Assembly: GCA_002347965.1 (NCBI GenBank)
Contig: DDYN01000057.1
Span: 11,365 to 75,364, forward strand
DNA from: Nitrospirae bacterium UBA2233
GTDB lineage: Bacteria; UBA2233
Direction of reading: 5' to 3'
Length of the DNA: 64,000 nt
Part shown: in pieces, positions 17,834 to 27,908 of the stretch
How the letters are laid out: each line of letters begins with the position of its first letter
How positions within the stretch are numbered: position 1 is the stretch's first letter
Notes under the pieces: model-generated
The model's input: only the letters and a program-made list of their open reading frames with translations
Database searches by the model: none
What the model was told of the DNA's origin: nothing
Made by a program: the position numbers and the translations under genes

Positions 17834-19702
17834 TCAGAGCGTGCCTCCCGTTTTGATGATTCTGGGCGTCATGAAGATTACTAGCTCCATCGTTGATTTT
17901 TGGAAATCGTGCCGTTTGAACGCGTATCCTAAGACCGGAAGGCTCGAAAGAAGAGGGATGCCGCCCTTGTTTTTCTGGTCGGCAAGCTGAAACACCCCAC
18001 CGATCACGGCCGTCTGGCCGTCGTCCACGATCATCTGCGAGCGCGCTTCTTGTTTATCTATGCCGTAATCCCCCGTCTCGGAGAGGTAGGTCGGCTGGTC
18101 GTTTGTGACGTGGATCTCCATGATGACCCTACCGTCCGGGAGGATGTGCGGCAGTACCTCAAGGAGCAGGTTCGCGTCTTTAAACTCCGTCTCGTACACG
18201 CTCTGCGTTTCAGGGGAGAGGTTCCTTACGGGCAGCTGTACGCCCTGTTTAATCATCCCCTGCGTGTGGTTGACGACGATGATTCGGGGCTGCGAGACCA
18301 GCTTGGCCTGGTTCTTCTGCTCAAGTGCCCGGATAATGGCATCGACGGTGACGGTGTTGGAGATGTCTGTAAGGCCGAACGTGAAAACGCCGCCTTGGTA
18401 GTCCGGCATCTGGTTTCCGCCGAATCGTCCCAAAGAGCCCTGAAGCCCTTGCCCGCCGCCTTGCTGCTGCGGGGAAAACGAGATGTTCGAGTCTGTCGCC
18501 ATATCGTGGGGAAAGACCGAGCCGAACGCGTTGCCGTGAGCCCTGTCGTTCCAGGTTTGCACCCTCCAGTCGATTCCGATGCTCTTTAGGGCATCGAAGC
18601 GCATCTGGACAATGCGCGATTCGATCAGACACTGCTGGGTTTCGATGTCGAGCGCCCTGTCCAAAAACCCTCGGATCGTTTCGATCCTTTCCGGCGTGTC
18701 GTGGATGATGAGCGCGTTTGTCCGCTCATCGAACCCGATGTAGGCATCCTCGCGGCGGCTCTTGAGGTTTGTCAGCTTCTTGGCGAGGTCGGAGGCGTTT
18801 CCGTACTTTATAGGAACAACCTCTATGTTCAAGGGCTTTTTCAAGTCTTCTTGTTTGAGCGCATCCCAGCTCGAGATAAGAATGACCCCGTTTTGCCTCT
18901 TCATGGCCAGGCCCTTCTGTTGCAAGACGACGTCCAGCGCCTTTTCCCAGGTCACGTTTCGCAGGTAGAGCGTAATCGTCCCGCCCACGTCCTCGCCCAC
19001 GACGATGTTCGTCCCCGAGACATCGGCCAGCACCCTGAAGACGTCCTTGACGTCCACGTCCTTGAAGTCGAGCGTGACAGGCTTGCCTACGTACTCTTTA
19101 GGCAGGACGTACTCGGCGGAGGGAACGAGGTCTTTGTTTTCCGGCGCCCGGAACCGCTCGGGTGCCCGGGTAGGCGGCTTGGGGAGCTCTTTTTTGTAAA
19201 GCTCCTTAGGGGGTTGTTGCTCTATCTGGAAAAGCGCCTCTCTAGGCCATACAGCGGCTTCTTCTTCCGCGCCTTGCGTCTTGGCGATCTTGTAGGGCTT
19301 TCCCTTCACGGGAGAAAGGGGGATCTGCGTAGGGGAATAGGAGTCAAGGGTAGCTTGGAGCGGCGGCATTGCTCGCAATGCTTCTTCTTTTTGGTCAGGG
19401 CGGGGATCAACGCCCTCTGGAGGGGCCGGCAAAGGATTCTGCTCCTGGACTGGCCGTTCGAACGATGAAACGGGTAGGGCCGCCGGTTGGAACAAAGGGC
19501 TAGGCGGCGCGTTTTTTAGGATTTCGCTGGCGTAGGATTTGAAGGTCTGCCAGTTCAGCAGGTAGGGGGGAGAAAGGAGGGGCTTAAGCAGTATCGTTTG
19601 GCCAGAATCTATCGCCTCGATAGCGCTTGCGTCGTGCGTCCCAAGCAAGGCCAGGATGCAGCAGGCTGCCCCTAGGGCGTGGCGGGTCAGCAAGGCGCTC
19701 AT
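17834..19702 (-). CDS. pilQ: Type IV pilus secretin PilQ
   Basis: Secretin and N-domain motifs (NIVVGEDVGGTITLYLRNVTWEKALDVVL; VSQPRIIVVNHTQGMIKQG) and position after pilMNOP. Confidence 0.85.
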   Translation of the reverse strand: MSALLTRHALGAACCILALLGTHDASAIEAIDSGQTILLKPLLSPPYLLNWQTFKSYASEILKNAPPSPLFQPAALPVSSFERPVQEQNPLPAPPEGVDPRPDQKEEALRAMPPLQATLDSYSPTQIPLSPVKGKPYKIAKTQGAEEEAAVWPREALFQIEQQPPKELYKKELPKPPTRAPERFRAPENKDLVPSAEYVLPKEYVGKPVTLDFKDVDVKDVFRVLADVSGTNIVVGEDVGGTITLYLRNVTWEKALDVVLQQKGLAMKRQNGVILISSWDALKQEDLKKPLNIEVVPIKYGNASDLAKKLTNLKSRREDAYIGFDERTNALIIHDTPERIETIRGFLDRALDIETQQCLIESRIVQMRFDALKSIGIDWRVQTWNDRAHGNAFGSVFPHDMATDSNISFSPQQQGGGQGLQGSLGRFGGNQMPDYQGGVFTFGLTDISNTVTVDAIIRALEQKNQAKLVSQPRIIVVNHTQGMIKQGVQLPVRNLSPETQSVYETEFKDANLLLEVLPHILPDGRVIMEIHVTNDQPTYLSETGDYGIDKQEARSQMIVDDGQTAVIGGVFQLADQKNKGGIPLLSSLPVLGYAFKRHDFQKSTMELVIFMTPRIIKTGGTL

Positions 19703-20223
19703 CTCGTCCTCCCGATCAGTGTGCGTTGCTCGTCTTGCGGCATACGAAGCTCTCTTTGAATTTCTTTAATCTTCCGGTCGTAGGTATAGTAGCGCTCGGT
19801 AATGACGAGCTTTCCTCTCTCGATTGCCGTGACGACCCCGCCAAAGGGCCCTATCGGTTCTTTTGGTCGAACGATGTAAGAATCGCCGTCCGGCGTCGCC
19901 ACAACGGCCATCGGCTGGCTTGCCACGAACGTCGCCTTGAGCCTAAGCTCGCGGATTGCGAAACGCTGCAGGGGCGACGGAGGCCCTTCGGTATGGATCG
20001 GGTATAGCATCCGCTCTCTTTCCGGGATCGAGAAAAAAATGTCCGGAATGCTTTCTTTTTTCACGGATGCAAGCGCATTTTTTAGGCGTTGAAGGTCCGA
20101 TAAGGGCGATTTGTCTTGCCCTAAGACGGGCGTCCAAAGGGCCGAAAGGCATACAAACAAGGCCCCTAGCAATCCAAAAATGCCGGGCCTTCTAAAGGCC
20201 TTTCTCATGGGCACCTCCTGCAT
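19699..20223 (-). CDS. pilP: Type IV pilus assembly protein PilP-like
   Basis: Small N-terminally anchored protein between pilO and pilQ, with a C-terminal beta-rich region. Synteny-based. Confidence 0.5.
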   Translation of the reverse strand: MQEVPMRKAFRRPGIFGLLGALFVCLSALWTPVLGQDKSPLSDLQRLKNALASVKKESIPDIFFSIPERERMLYPIHTEGPPSPLQRFAIRELRLKATFVASQPMAVVATPDGDSYIVRPKEPIGPFGGVVTAIERGKLVITERYYTYDRKIKEIQRELRMPQDEQRTLIGRTR

Positions 20224-20845
20224 GGCCCTCTGGATCGGTTCCCTCCGGAAGGACCCGAATGAACCCGACTTTTCCCTTGAGCGGGATTTCCGTGTAGAGC
20301 TCGCCAGGCTTTAGCTGCGCAGAGGGTTTGAGCGCAAAATTCTCCGGGATGTAAGCAAGACCCTCTAAGGGAAGCCTCGCAAGAGTCCAGGCAAAAGAAG
20401 GGTAGCTCGTCTCGACCGAAGCGCTGAGGCGCTCGAGCGGGGCCGGGTACTCTCCTTTTCTGGCCGGCTCGATGGAGGGTTCCTCTATAAGGGCAATCCC
20501 CCCTTCCTGGAACATCTTATCTAGGGCTGTTAACGAATCGTCTTTTTTGGGGCCCTTGAGGCGGCCGAGCGTCTGCTCTAGCCTTACTTTGAGGGCTTTG
20601 GCTTCAAGCTCTACGTGTCCCCCTTCTTGAATTTCTTCGCGGACACGCACCAGCCTGGCACGTGTCGTTCGTTCCTGGATGGATAGAAGGCTATAGTCTT
20701 GCAGTTTCGGGCGGATCAAGAGAACCTCGAGCGCGAGGACGATCGCTACTGCGGGCAGGATGCCGAGAACGACCCTTCCTACAGGTGGGAGGGCAAGGAG
20801 TAGGTTATCGAGGGCTTCTAGAAGGCCTTGCCGATTATTCGCCAT
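20192..20845 (-). CDS. pilO: Type IV pilus assembly protein PilO
   Basis: Single N-terminal TM followed by a coiled-coil; position between pilN and pilP. Confidence 0.6.
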   Translation of the reverse strand: MANNRQGLLEALDNLLLALPPVGRVVLGILPAVAIVLALEVLLIRPKLQDYSLLSIQERTTRARLVRVREEIQEGGHVELEAKALKVRLEQTLGRLKGPKKDDSLTALDKMFQEGGIALIEEPSIEPARKGEYPAPLERLSASVETSYPSFAWTLARLPLEGLAYIPENFALKPSAQLKPGELYTEIPLKGKVGFIRVLPEGTDPEGHAGGAHEKGL

Positions 20846-21395
20846 CTAGCCCCTCCTTCAGGCCGAGCTCTACTTCCAAGGAGGTCCGAAGGAACGAGCC
20901 TCCGTCGAGTTGAACGCCCTCCGGCTTGGAAAGGCTGACGCTCACGACGCAGGGGTACTCGTCGAATTTCTGCCGAAGGCTGGAAGCCGCCCCCGCGGAG
21001 GAAACGAGGACGTTTGCCCTAAGGCGGTTCTGCTCCAGCCTAAGCTCCTCAACCCACCCGTAGGGGAAGAGGTCTTTGGAGAACGAAGCCATGAAGTGCG
21101 GGACGCAGACGCGCCTTTGCTCGAGCCGATTTAGGGCCGTAAGGCGCTTCTGGTCTTGCTCGATCGTCCTTCTTGCGCTGCGGATGGCCCTTGCCCTGGG
21201 TTCGAGTTTGGAAAGCTCTACATTGAGCGAAGCCAGACGAACCCTGGCTGCCCGTGATTCTCGCGTCGCGAAAAAGCCGTGCAGCCCGGCGAGGAGAAGC
21301 CCGATCATGAGCGATGCGAACAGCGCCCGGGCGGCTTCCCTTCGGGCGTCCGTGCTTAGTTTGTCTTTGAGGGGTAGCAGGTTTACTTTGATCAT
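20835..21395 (-). CDS. pilN: Type IV pilus assembly protein PilN
   Basis: MIKVNLLPLKDKL... N-terminus typical of PilN; overlaps pilM and pilO. Confidence 0.7.
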   Translation of the reverse strand: MIKVNLLPLKDKLSTDARREAARALFASLMIGLLLAGLHGFFATRESRAARVRLASLNVELSKLEPRARAIRSARRTIEQDQKRLTALNRLEQRRVCVPHFMASFSKDLFPYGWVEELRLEQNRLRANVLVSSAGAASSLRQKFDEYPCVVSVSLSKPEGVQLDGGSFLRTSLEVELGLKEGLDGE

Positions 21396-22465
21396 GCGCG
21401 GACCCTCGCAAGGACCTCTTTGATCTCGTGCAAGCCAAGGCCAAAGGCCACGCTGAACAAGGGGGCCTTTTCTTTTAGCTCGCCCAAGTCGAGCTTGTCT
21501 TTTTGGACGCCAACCCTGGCGAACGGGTTCAGGGCCGAGGTGCGGGCGGGTGTCCGTCGCTGAAAAGCCTGCCTAAAATGTTCAAGGCATGCAAGCCCTC
21601 CAGAGAGGTAGATGGGCGTTCCTGGGTCCGTCAGCCTAAACCCTTCCCTGCCGAGTGTAAACGCGAGCGCTTCGAAAAGCTCCCCCAGGAAGGTTTCGAG
21701 CGCTCCTAGCGCTTGCTCGGCGGGCGGCCCCGGGGCTTCGAGCATGTCGGCCGCCTCTATGGGGCCGGTTCCGGTTGCAAGCTGGATCCGTTCGATGACG
21801 CCTTTGCCCCCAAGGGGGAAATCCTGGACGGTAAGCGGCCCTTCTTTGTCCGCGACAACGACCAAAGTTCGGACGTGGCCCGTGTGTACGACAATGGCTT
21901 GCCCGTCGAAGTCCGGCCCCTGGCTGTGCTGGAAGGCGTTGTAGAGGGCGAGGGCATCGAGGTCCACGGTGCGCACCTTAAGGCCGGCAAGCTCGACCAC
22001 GCGCACGTATTCATCGACGAACTCTCGTTTGGCTGCCGCCGCGGAGATCTCCACCTGTGCCAGCCCGCGCTCGTTGAGCCTAAGCGCGGCGAAGTCGAGG
22101 TAGACATCGTCGAGCTTAAAAGGAAAGGCGCTTGCGAAATTCTCTTTAATGTAGCTTGGGATGTTTTGCTCGGGCATGAAGGGCACCTCGAAGAGCCGGG
22201 TCATTACCTTCGATCCGGACACGGAGATGGCCACCTTCTTGTGGCTTGGCTTGATTTCGGTAAAGAGAGACCGGACTTCTCGTGCAACCTCTCTAGAGTC
22301 AACGAGGTCTTTTTCGACGATACACTCCGGGTTTAAACGAACACAGCCGATTTTGCCAAGAAGTAAACCTTTGCGTCCCCGCGTAAGCTCAAGGACCTTG
22401 ATATAAGACGACCCTACATCAAGCCCGACTAGGTACGGGCGAGTCCCAAGAATACTGCCGAGCAT
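21392..22465 (-). CDS. pilM: Type IV pilus assembly ATPase-fold protein PilM
   Basis: Actin-like fold signatures (LVGLDVGSSYIKVLEL...; FtsA-like), 357 aa. Confidence 0.85.
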   Translation of the reverse strand: MLGSILGTRPYLVGLDVGSSYIKVLELTRGRKGLLLGKIGCVRLNPECIVEKDLVDSREVAREVRSLFTEIKPSHKKVAISVSGSKVMTRLFEVPFMPEQNIPSYIKENFASAFPFKLDDVYLDFAALRLNERGLAQVEISAAAAKREFVDEYVRVVELAGLKVRTVDLDALALYNAFQHSQGPDFDGQAIVVHTGHVRTLVVVADKEGPLTVQDFPLGGKGVIERIQLATGTGPIEAADMLEAPGPPAEQALGALETFLGELFEALAFTLGREGFRLTDPGTPIYLSGGLACLEHFRQAFQRRTPARTSALNPFARVGVQKDKLDLGELKEKAPLFSVAFGLGLHEIKEVLARVRA

Positions 22466-22574
22466 CGGCTTACCTTATTTAGTTTGGACGCCCTAATGCG
22501 TACTTCGATCATTGCGCAGGCCAGACCATTTGTCAATTCGTCGAACAAACAACCGCTCTAATAGCCATTTTTAT

Positions 22575-24977
22575 TCACGAAGTGGGGGCTGGAAGGGCCG
22601 TAGCAGTTCCAGATTGGCCCCCTCCTAGCAACGAGGTTGCCTGGCCAAGAGTTTGAACGAGCATGTCGATGCCTTCGGACGTCGTCCTAAGAAGCTTCAA
22701 AAATGGGAGCGTCGCCTCGTAGGCGTTTCGGCTGAAAGGAAGCGCGGCGAACAGCGCGGCCAAAAGATCGCCCGCCGTGACGTTCTCCATGGAGTTGAGC
22801 ACCTGAATGTCGAACGGTTCGCCTTTGTTGATCGGCAAGGGGTGGGTGGGCGTCGACTGCCCGGGCATAAAATAGGGAGAGAACACAAAGACCTTCCCCC
22901 AGTCCTGCGAGGCGAACGTGTTTCCCTCGAATGTAAGCGCAGCCTGTCTGTTTTGATCGAGTCCGGCGTTCAAGGGGAGCCCTAGCAGGGCAAGGTATGG
23001 GTTTTGAGTCGTGGGGACAAACTGAATACCCGTGGCCTCTTCCGACCCAGACGCCTCTTCCGTGGCCACCCCTTGTTGAGCCCCTACTTGGCCGGGTTCT
23101 GGTTGTCCCTGGGGCTCGCCCGTTTTTTGAGGCTTGCCCGCTCTTCCGAACGCAAAACCCTGGCCCAGGCTTCGCCCTGGCAGGAAATCTCCGCGGCTTG
23201 GCCCTGCCTCACGTCCTTTAAGTCCGGAGCGGTTGCCAGGAGGAAGGGCGTTACTTGTCGCGTTCATCTCCTCTAGCGCTTGAACGCTCGGTTGTGTCCC
23301 GCCAAGCCCTGGCGGTGTCCCGCCAACGCCAAGGCCAACGCCCTCGGGCACGCCGCCTTGGGGCTGGGTGCCTACCGGTTGGGTGGCCTGCTGAATAAGC
23401 CCCGCCGGGTTCATCTCGGCGGGGTTAAACAAATATCCCTCGTACCTGGCCACGAAGAACCCCTTCGGGAGAAGCCAAGCCTCTTTCCACGGGCTCGTTT
23501 CGATCGCCTGCGTGAAGGTTGCCCTCCATGTCCCCGTGGCCACCCCTTGTTGAGCCCCTACTTGGCCGGGTTCTGGTTGTCCCTGGGGCTCGCCCGTTTT
23601 TTGAGGCTTGCCCGCTCTTCCGAACGCAAAACCCTGGCCCAGGCTTCGCCCTGGCAGGAAATCTCCGCGGCTTGGCCCTGCCTCACGTCCTTTAAGTCCG
23701 GAGCGGTTGCCAGGAGGAAGGGCGTTACTTGTCGCGTTCATCTCCTCTAGCGCTTGAACGCTCGGTTGTGTCCCGCCAACGCCCGCTTCAACGCCCTCGG
23801 GCACGCCGCCTTGGGGCTGGATACTTCCTTCTTCGCCGCCCGCTCCCGAACCGCCCGGGCTAATCGGGTTCGAGAGGGCGGCATCACAGTAGGCAACAAC
23901 CCCCGGGGTAGTCGTGGCGCGCAAGATGGGCTTGACGAGCCAATCGAAAAGCTTGTCCATAAGGGCCTCGACAACGGGCATGATCAGGTTAACCGCGCTG
24001 CCCAAAGCCGGGGCCACAACGGCCGCCCCGCCGCCTGCTGCCGCCCCGGCACCGGCCGTTACGGGTGCAGTGGCCGCCCCGCCGGCCATCGAGGCGACGC
24101 TCACGGCCAACTGGACGGCCTGGAGGCCGGCCTGCAGCGCCTCGGTGGTGACGGTTTTCACCCCCTCTGCGATGTAGTCCACCCTTTCCATGGCGTCACT
24201 CTCCGCTTTGGGCTGGGGCAACGAAACCCCCGACAGGGGCTTTGGGTTGACAAACGCCGCGTCGATGTTCCTTGGTTGGGCACGTGCGACGAACCGGTAG
24301 GGGCGGTAGTTCTGCCCGAACGTCCCGAGCATCCTTTGGCTTGCTCCCGTCTGGGCTAGCGCCTCGATCTCTAGCTCGGCATAGGCCAGGCGCTCGAGTT
24401 TGCCAGATGGAACGCTGTAGGGGTAGGTTTTATCCAGCCGGACAAGGGCGCCAGGGCCTGGCTCGGCCCTTTCGTTCAGGCCAAAGAGGTGCAACTCGGC
24501 TCTGGTCAAGGGCTTGAGCTCAAGACGGGATACCTCGATCATGCGCCCGTAGGCTTCCCGGTGCACGATCCGGTAGAGCGTCCAGTATGGGCCGGGGCGC
24601 GAGCCCTTCTTTGCCCCCCACACAACCCAGAGGGGCTGGAAGCCCGGCCTGCTGCTCTCGCTTAAGTATAGCCAGCGCTTGAAGCGAACGCCCCAGTTGA
24701 GCGTAAGCAACCCCTTGTCCGACTGCACGTAAAAAGACCCAGGCCTCGCCTCGAGGCCATTCGTGCTCTCGATCCCCCGGAAGTCCTCTTGAAACAGGTC
24801 GATGGCCAACTGGACCTTGTCGCGCACGCCCGCCCTTGCCCGCTCGAGCGCCTTGAAGCGGGCGTCCTGGGCTACCGTCCAGAAAAGGAGCAGCGCAACG
24901 AGCCCGGAGACGGCCACGCCCACGAGCAGCTCTACGAGCGTGAACCCGCTGGAACCCCTTGTTCGGCATGGTTTCAA
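22575..24977 (-). CDS. Large (800 aa) protein with a prepilin-type N-terminus (GFTLVELLVGVAVSGLVALLLF), internally duplicated; candidate tip/minor pilin adhesin
   Basis: Class III signal-peptide motif at the N-terminus. Gly/Pro/Gln-rich C-terminal half containing a 158-aa tandem duplication. Confidence 0.55.
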   Translation of the reverse strand: MKPCRTRGSSGFTLVELLVGVAVSGLVALLLFWTVAQDARFKALERARAGVRDKVQLAIDLFQEDFRGIESTNGLEARPGSFYVQSDKGLLTLNWGVRFKRWLYLSESSRPGFQPLWVVWGAKKGSRPGPYWTLYRIVHREAYGRMIEVSRLELKPLTRAELHLFGLNERAEPGPGALVRLDKTYPYSVPSGKLERLAYAELEIEALAQTGASQRMLGTFGQNYRPYRFVARAQPRNIDAAFVNPKPLSGVSLPQPKAESDAMERVDYIAEGVKTVTTEALQAGLQAVQLAVSVASMAGGAATAPVTAGAGAAAGGGAAVVAPALGSAVNLIMPVVEALMDKLFDWLVKPILRATTTPGVVAYCDAALSNPISPGGSGAGGEEGSIQPQGGVPEGVEAGVGGTQPSVQALEEMNATSNALPPGNRSGLKGREAGPSRGDFLPGRSLGQGFAFGRAGKPQKTGEPQGQPEPGQVGAQQGVATGTWRATFTQAIETSPWKEAWLLPKGFFVARYEGYLFNPAEMNPAGLIQQATQPVGTQPQGGVPEGVGLGVGGTPPGLGGTQPSVQALEEMNATSNALPPGNRSGLKGREAGPSRGDFLPGRSLGQGFAFGRAGKPQKTGEPQGQPEPGQVGAQQGVATEEASGSEEATGIQFVPTTQNPYLALLGLPLNAGLDQNRQAALTFEGNTFASQDWGKVFVFSPYFMPGQSTPTHPLPINKGEPFDIQVLNSMENVTAGDLLAALFAALPFSRNAYEATLPFLKLLRTTSEGIDMLVQTLGQATSLLGGGQSGTATALPAPTS
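23061..23774. repeat. Tandem direct duplication, period 474 bp; 23061-23300 is essentially identical to 23535-23774, inside the pilin-like gene
   Basis: Identical translated strings on the opposite strand in track ORFs 23004..23276 and 23280..23750 (GHPLLSPYLAGFWLSLGLARFLRLARSS...VTCRVHLL). Direct nucleotide comparison gives an offset of 474. Confidence 0.85.
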
Positions 24978-24990
24978 GGCGCGTCCTCCT

Positions 24991-25599
24991 TCATGGCGGT
25001 GTTTGCGAGCCTACCCAAGCTCCAGGGTTCCTTGCCCAGCCGAGGTCCGGGTTGCAAGCCCCTAGCGTAAGAAGCCTCCCCTGGGTGAGCGAGCCATTCC
25101 CCGTCTCGTTCATCTTTTGCCGAAGGTCTTCTTTGGATGCCGCCCCTCCAAACGGCACCCATTGGATGCGAACCGCAAAAAGGCTGCCATTCTGCGGGAT
25201 TTCGTCAGGCTGGATTAGGTATTCCACGAATTCCGCCTTTTCGTCCACGACGAGGTAATCCCGCCGGTCGTCTCGGTCTTCTTTCTTTCGCCTGACGACC
25301 CCGGCGCTTTGACCGGGCGCAACGAGCCCTAGGCCCGACCGGAGCCCTTCAAAGCTTTCGTCCGTCTCCATTTCATAAGGAAGGGCGCCAAAGCTCTCGG
25401 CCTGTGAACGGGCAAGCCAGAGTGCCTCGTAGGTCCGAAGCCTTTGGGCCAACACCCTCTCGCTAGAGGCCCGAAAGGGCAAAAGAAGCATCGCGCAGAG
25501 CGCGATCAGCGCGATCGCCACGACCACCTCGAGCAGGCTAAAGCCCTTGGGCGTCCGATTGCTCGGCTTTGCGCCCTCCTTCCCGCCTCCGTCTTTCAT
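24991..25599 (-). CDS. Minor pilin / pseudopilin (prepilin N-terminal motif KGFSLLEVVVAIALIAL)
   Basis: Start set at MKDGGG...; the track ORF carries a spurious upstream extension. Confidence 0.6.
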   Translation of the reverse strand: MKDGGGKEGAKPSNRTPKGFSLLEVVVAIALIALCAMLLLPFRASSERVLAQRLRTYEALWLARSQAESFGALPYEMETDESFEGLRSGLGLVAPGQSAGVVRRKKEDRDDRRDYLVVDEKAEFVEYLIQPDEIPQNGSLFAVRIQWVPFGGAASKEDLRQKMNETGNGSLTQGRLLTLGACNPDLGWARNPGAWVGSQTPP

Positions 25600-26186
25600 G
25601 GGCAATCCAGCCCAGGTTGGCAAATTCTTGCTCCCATGTTGTTTGTGTTGCTCACGACAACGCCGTAACTTGCGGCCTGGCCTGGGTCGGCCCCGGAGTC
25701 CATGCGGCCGAAATCGCGTTCCGTGAGCACCCAAAACACCCCCGTGCCGCTCGCAAACGTAGGCCTAGGGCCTGTCTGCAACGAAAGGTACGTTTGGGTC
25801 GAAACCCCCATGTCGGCCACGACGCGGGCGTCTTTGAACATGCGCAAAAAATCCCAAGAATCGATCAGCGCGTCTTTTTGCTTATCCAGAGATCCGCCCA
25901 AATCGTCGTCCCTAAAAAGCGAAACATTCACGATCGCACCCGAGCCGCCCGTTTCCCAGGAAAGAAAGACATCCCTGCCGTAGAAGCGCTCGAGCGTTCT
26001 TGTCTCTTCCAGGGCTGCAAGCAGGAAGTAGGCGGCCTGATGGGCGCGCTCTTTTTGCTGGGCGCCCGGGAACCAGGCCATCGAAAGCCCGGCGAACACG
26101 GCCAGAAGCCCCAGCAATGTGGCGACAACCATGGCCTCCATCAGCGTGAAGCCCGATTCTTTGGTCTTTTCCCTAATTGATTCCAA
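25596..26186 (-). CDS. Minor pilin / pseudopilin (GFTLMEAMVVATLLGLLA)
   Basis: N-terminal methylation motif; 196 aa. Confidence 0.65.
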   Translation of the reverse strand: MESIREKTKESGFTLMEAMVVATLLGLLAVFAGLSMAWFPGAQQKERAHQAAYFLLAALEETRTLERFYGRDVFLSWETGGSGAIVNVSLFRDDDLGGSLDKQKDALIDSWDFLRMFKDARVVADMGVSTQTYLSLQTGPRPTFASGTGVFWVLTERDFGRMDSGADPGQAASYGVVVSNTNNMGARICQPGLDCP

Positions 26187-27153
26187 ACGGCTCCTCTCTA
26201 AAACTTCCGAACCAGCATACGCCGTTTTGAAGTGGTTCTGCGCTTTCTTGGAGGCTTACACGCTCGAGCGTACCCGTTCCCGTGGCTTCGTAACCCATCA
26301 GCTCGACAGAAACCGCCTTCATGCCCGGCCTCTCTTCGGGCCCAAAGAAGGCCACGGCCATAAGCCTCGGGTGGTTTTTGAGGTCTCTTTCGTATGTAGA
26401 GGCCTTTACGAGCACGCCCCGGGCGATGTAGACCTTGGCAATGCCCGGCGCTTGGATACCCGTCTCCTGCGCGAAATCGTAGCAGTCGGCCTCGTTGCCG
26501 CCTTCATCCCTCATGTTCGACAGCCGGATGAACTCCCAGCGCCTCATGTAGGCCGTATTTCCCCCCACGACCTCCAGGAGGACAGAATTGCCTTCAATCG
26601 CCGTAAGAAGGTTTTTGACCTGGCCCTCTTGAAGGGCGTTCACCTCGATTCGCCTACCCGTGGGGGTTTGTAGGCTTGGATTGGCAGGGTCTTGCGTGTT
26701 GTCCAAAAAAAGCGTGGCGAGCATGAGCGGCAAGTCCCGGTAGGCCTCTGGAAGGTTCTCTTTCGTCGCCTTGATCTGCTCTAACCTTTCGACGTAGGCA
26801 CTGTTGGCCTCCACCCAGCCATTCTCGAAGGTTTCCTGCATTTTTTCGGGGTCTCCCGCGAGCAGGTCTGTAGGGGCTTGGGCAGACCCTAGCGAGACGT
26901 CTATACCCGGCGTGAACTCTCCGGCCTCATCCCCGATCGGCGGGGTCGTTTCGTCCAAAAGCCCGAACATCGCCTGTTTGAGACCCGTCTCGGCCATTAC
27001 AAGCCCTTCGTAGGCGCGCTTTTCGATGATGGGCGCCACAGACTCCCGCCCGGCGATCAAAAGCGTTCCGTAGGCCACGATACTCAAAAAGAACAGCACT
27101 ATGAGGGCAAGCCCCACGATAAACCCCGAATCTTGGCCCCTTACGCTTGCCAT
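26173..27153 (-). CDS. PilX-like minor pilin/assembly protein (N-terminal TM MASVRGQDSGFIVGLALIVLFFLSIVAYG)
   Basis: Start chosen at the internal Met. PilX-N-like hydrophobic segment. Confidence 0.45.
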   Translation of the reverse strand: MASVRGQDSGFIVGLALIVLFFLSIVAYGTLLIAGRESVAPIIEKRAYEGLVMAETGLKQAMFGLLDETTPPIGDEAGEFTPGIDVSLGSAQAPTDLLAGDPEKMQETFENGWVEANSAYVERLEQIKATKENLPEAYRDLPLMLATLFLDNTQDPANPSLQTPTGRRIEVNALQEGQVKNLLTAIEGNSVLLEVVGGNTAYMRRWEFIRLSNMRDEGGNEADCYDFAQETGIQAPGIAKVYIARGVLVKASTYERDLKNHPRLMAVAFFGPEERPGMKAVSVELMGYEATGTGTLERVSLQESAEPLQNGVCWFGSFREEPFGIN

Positions 27154-27893
27154 GGCATTCTTCCCAAGGGTAGGGCGCCAAGGAACGCGATCGTCCCTAA
27201 GGCGATGCAAAACCCGAAGGGAACGGCCGCTTTGAGGCCTTTCCCTTCTTTGATAATGCCAGTGAGCCCAAAAAGAAGGCCGAGCAGCGCGGAAAGCAAG
27301 ACAATGTTCCCAAGCGCAAACGGCCCCAAGAACACCCCGACCATTCCCATGAGTTTGACATCGCCAAGCCCCATCCCCTCGTGTCCTCGAACCCATCCGT
27401 AGACGAGCCTGATCAAAAGAAAGCTACCGGCCCCCACGATACCGCCCAAAAGCGCGGCCTTTAGGGGGACGACGCCAAGCCACGGCCCAAGAAAAAGGCC
27501 CAAGACCATGCCGGGGTAGGTGAGGGCGTCCGGGATGATCCAGTTTGTCAAATCGATCAGCCCGATCGGGATCAAAAGCATGGAGAGTACGGCTACGTGG
27601 ACGAACAAAGGGTTTGGTCCGTGAAGATGATAAAGCGCAAGCAGAATGGCCGGCGTGACAACCTCGATCAGCCAGACCCAAGCGGGAATCTTGGCCTTGC
27701 AAGACCGACATCGTCCTTTAAGCAGCAGGTAGCTAACGATCGGAATGTTTTCGTAGAAGGGGATCTGCCCGTTGCAGGCTCTGCATCGCGAGCGGGCCAT
27801 CAACACGGGCTCGTTTTTGGGCAGCCGCTCGATCAGGACCCCAAAAAGGCTTCCCAAGCAAGCGCCCAGGATGAAAAGGCATAAATTTACCAC
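27141..27893 (-). CDS. pilD: Prepilin peptidase (A24 family) PilD
   Basis: Cys tetrad (CRACNGQI...CRSCKAKI) and multi-TM peptidase domain with GLGDVKLMGMVGVFLG. Confidence 0.85.
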   Translation of the reverse strand: MVNLCLFILGACLGSLFGVLIERLPKNEPVLMARSRCRACNGQIPFYENIPIVSYLLLKGRCRSCKAKIPAWVWLIEVVTPAILLALYHLHGPNPLFVHVAVLSMLLIPIGLIDLTNWIIPDALTYPGMVLGLFLGPWLGVVPLKAALLGGIVGAGSFLLIRLVYGWVRGHEGMGLGDVKLMGMVGVFLGPFALGNIVLLSALLGLLFGLTGIIKEGKGLKAAVPFGFCIALGTIAFLGALPLGRMPWQA

Positions 27894-27908
27894 TGCTTGC
27901 TTCCTCCC

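Noticed and set aside
24991-27396. N-terminal extensions of the pilin and PilX-like ORFs as given in the track (for example MGAHGTRFRPHGLRG..., MGSRTRGDGAWRCQ...)
   Set aside because: Prepilin leaders are short. Internal Met codons placing the G-F-T/S-L-x-E motif about 6-25 residues from the start were used instead.
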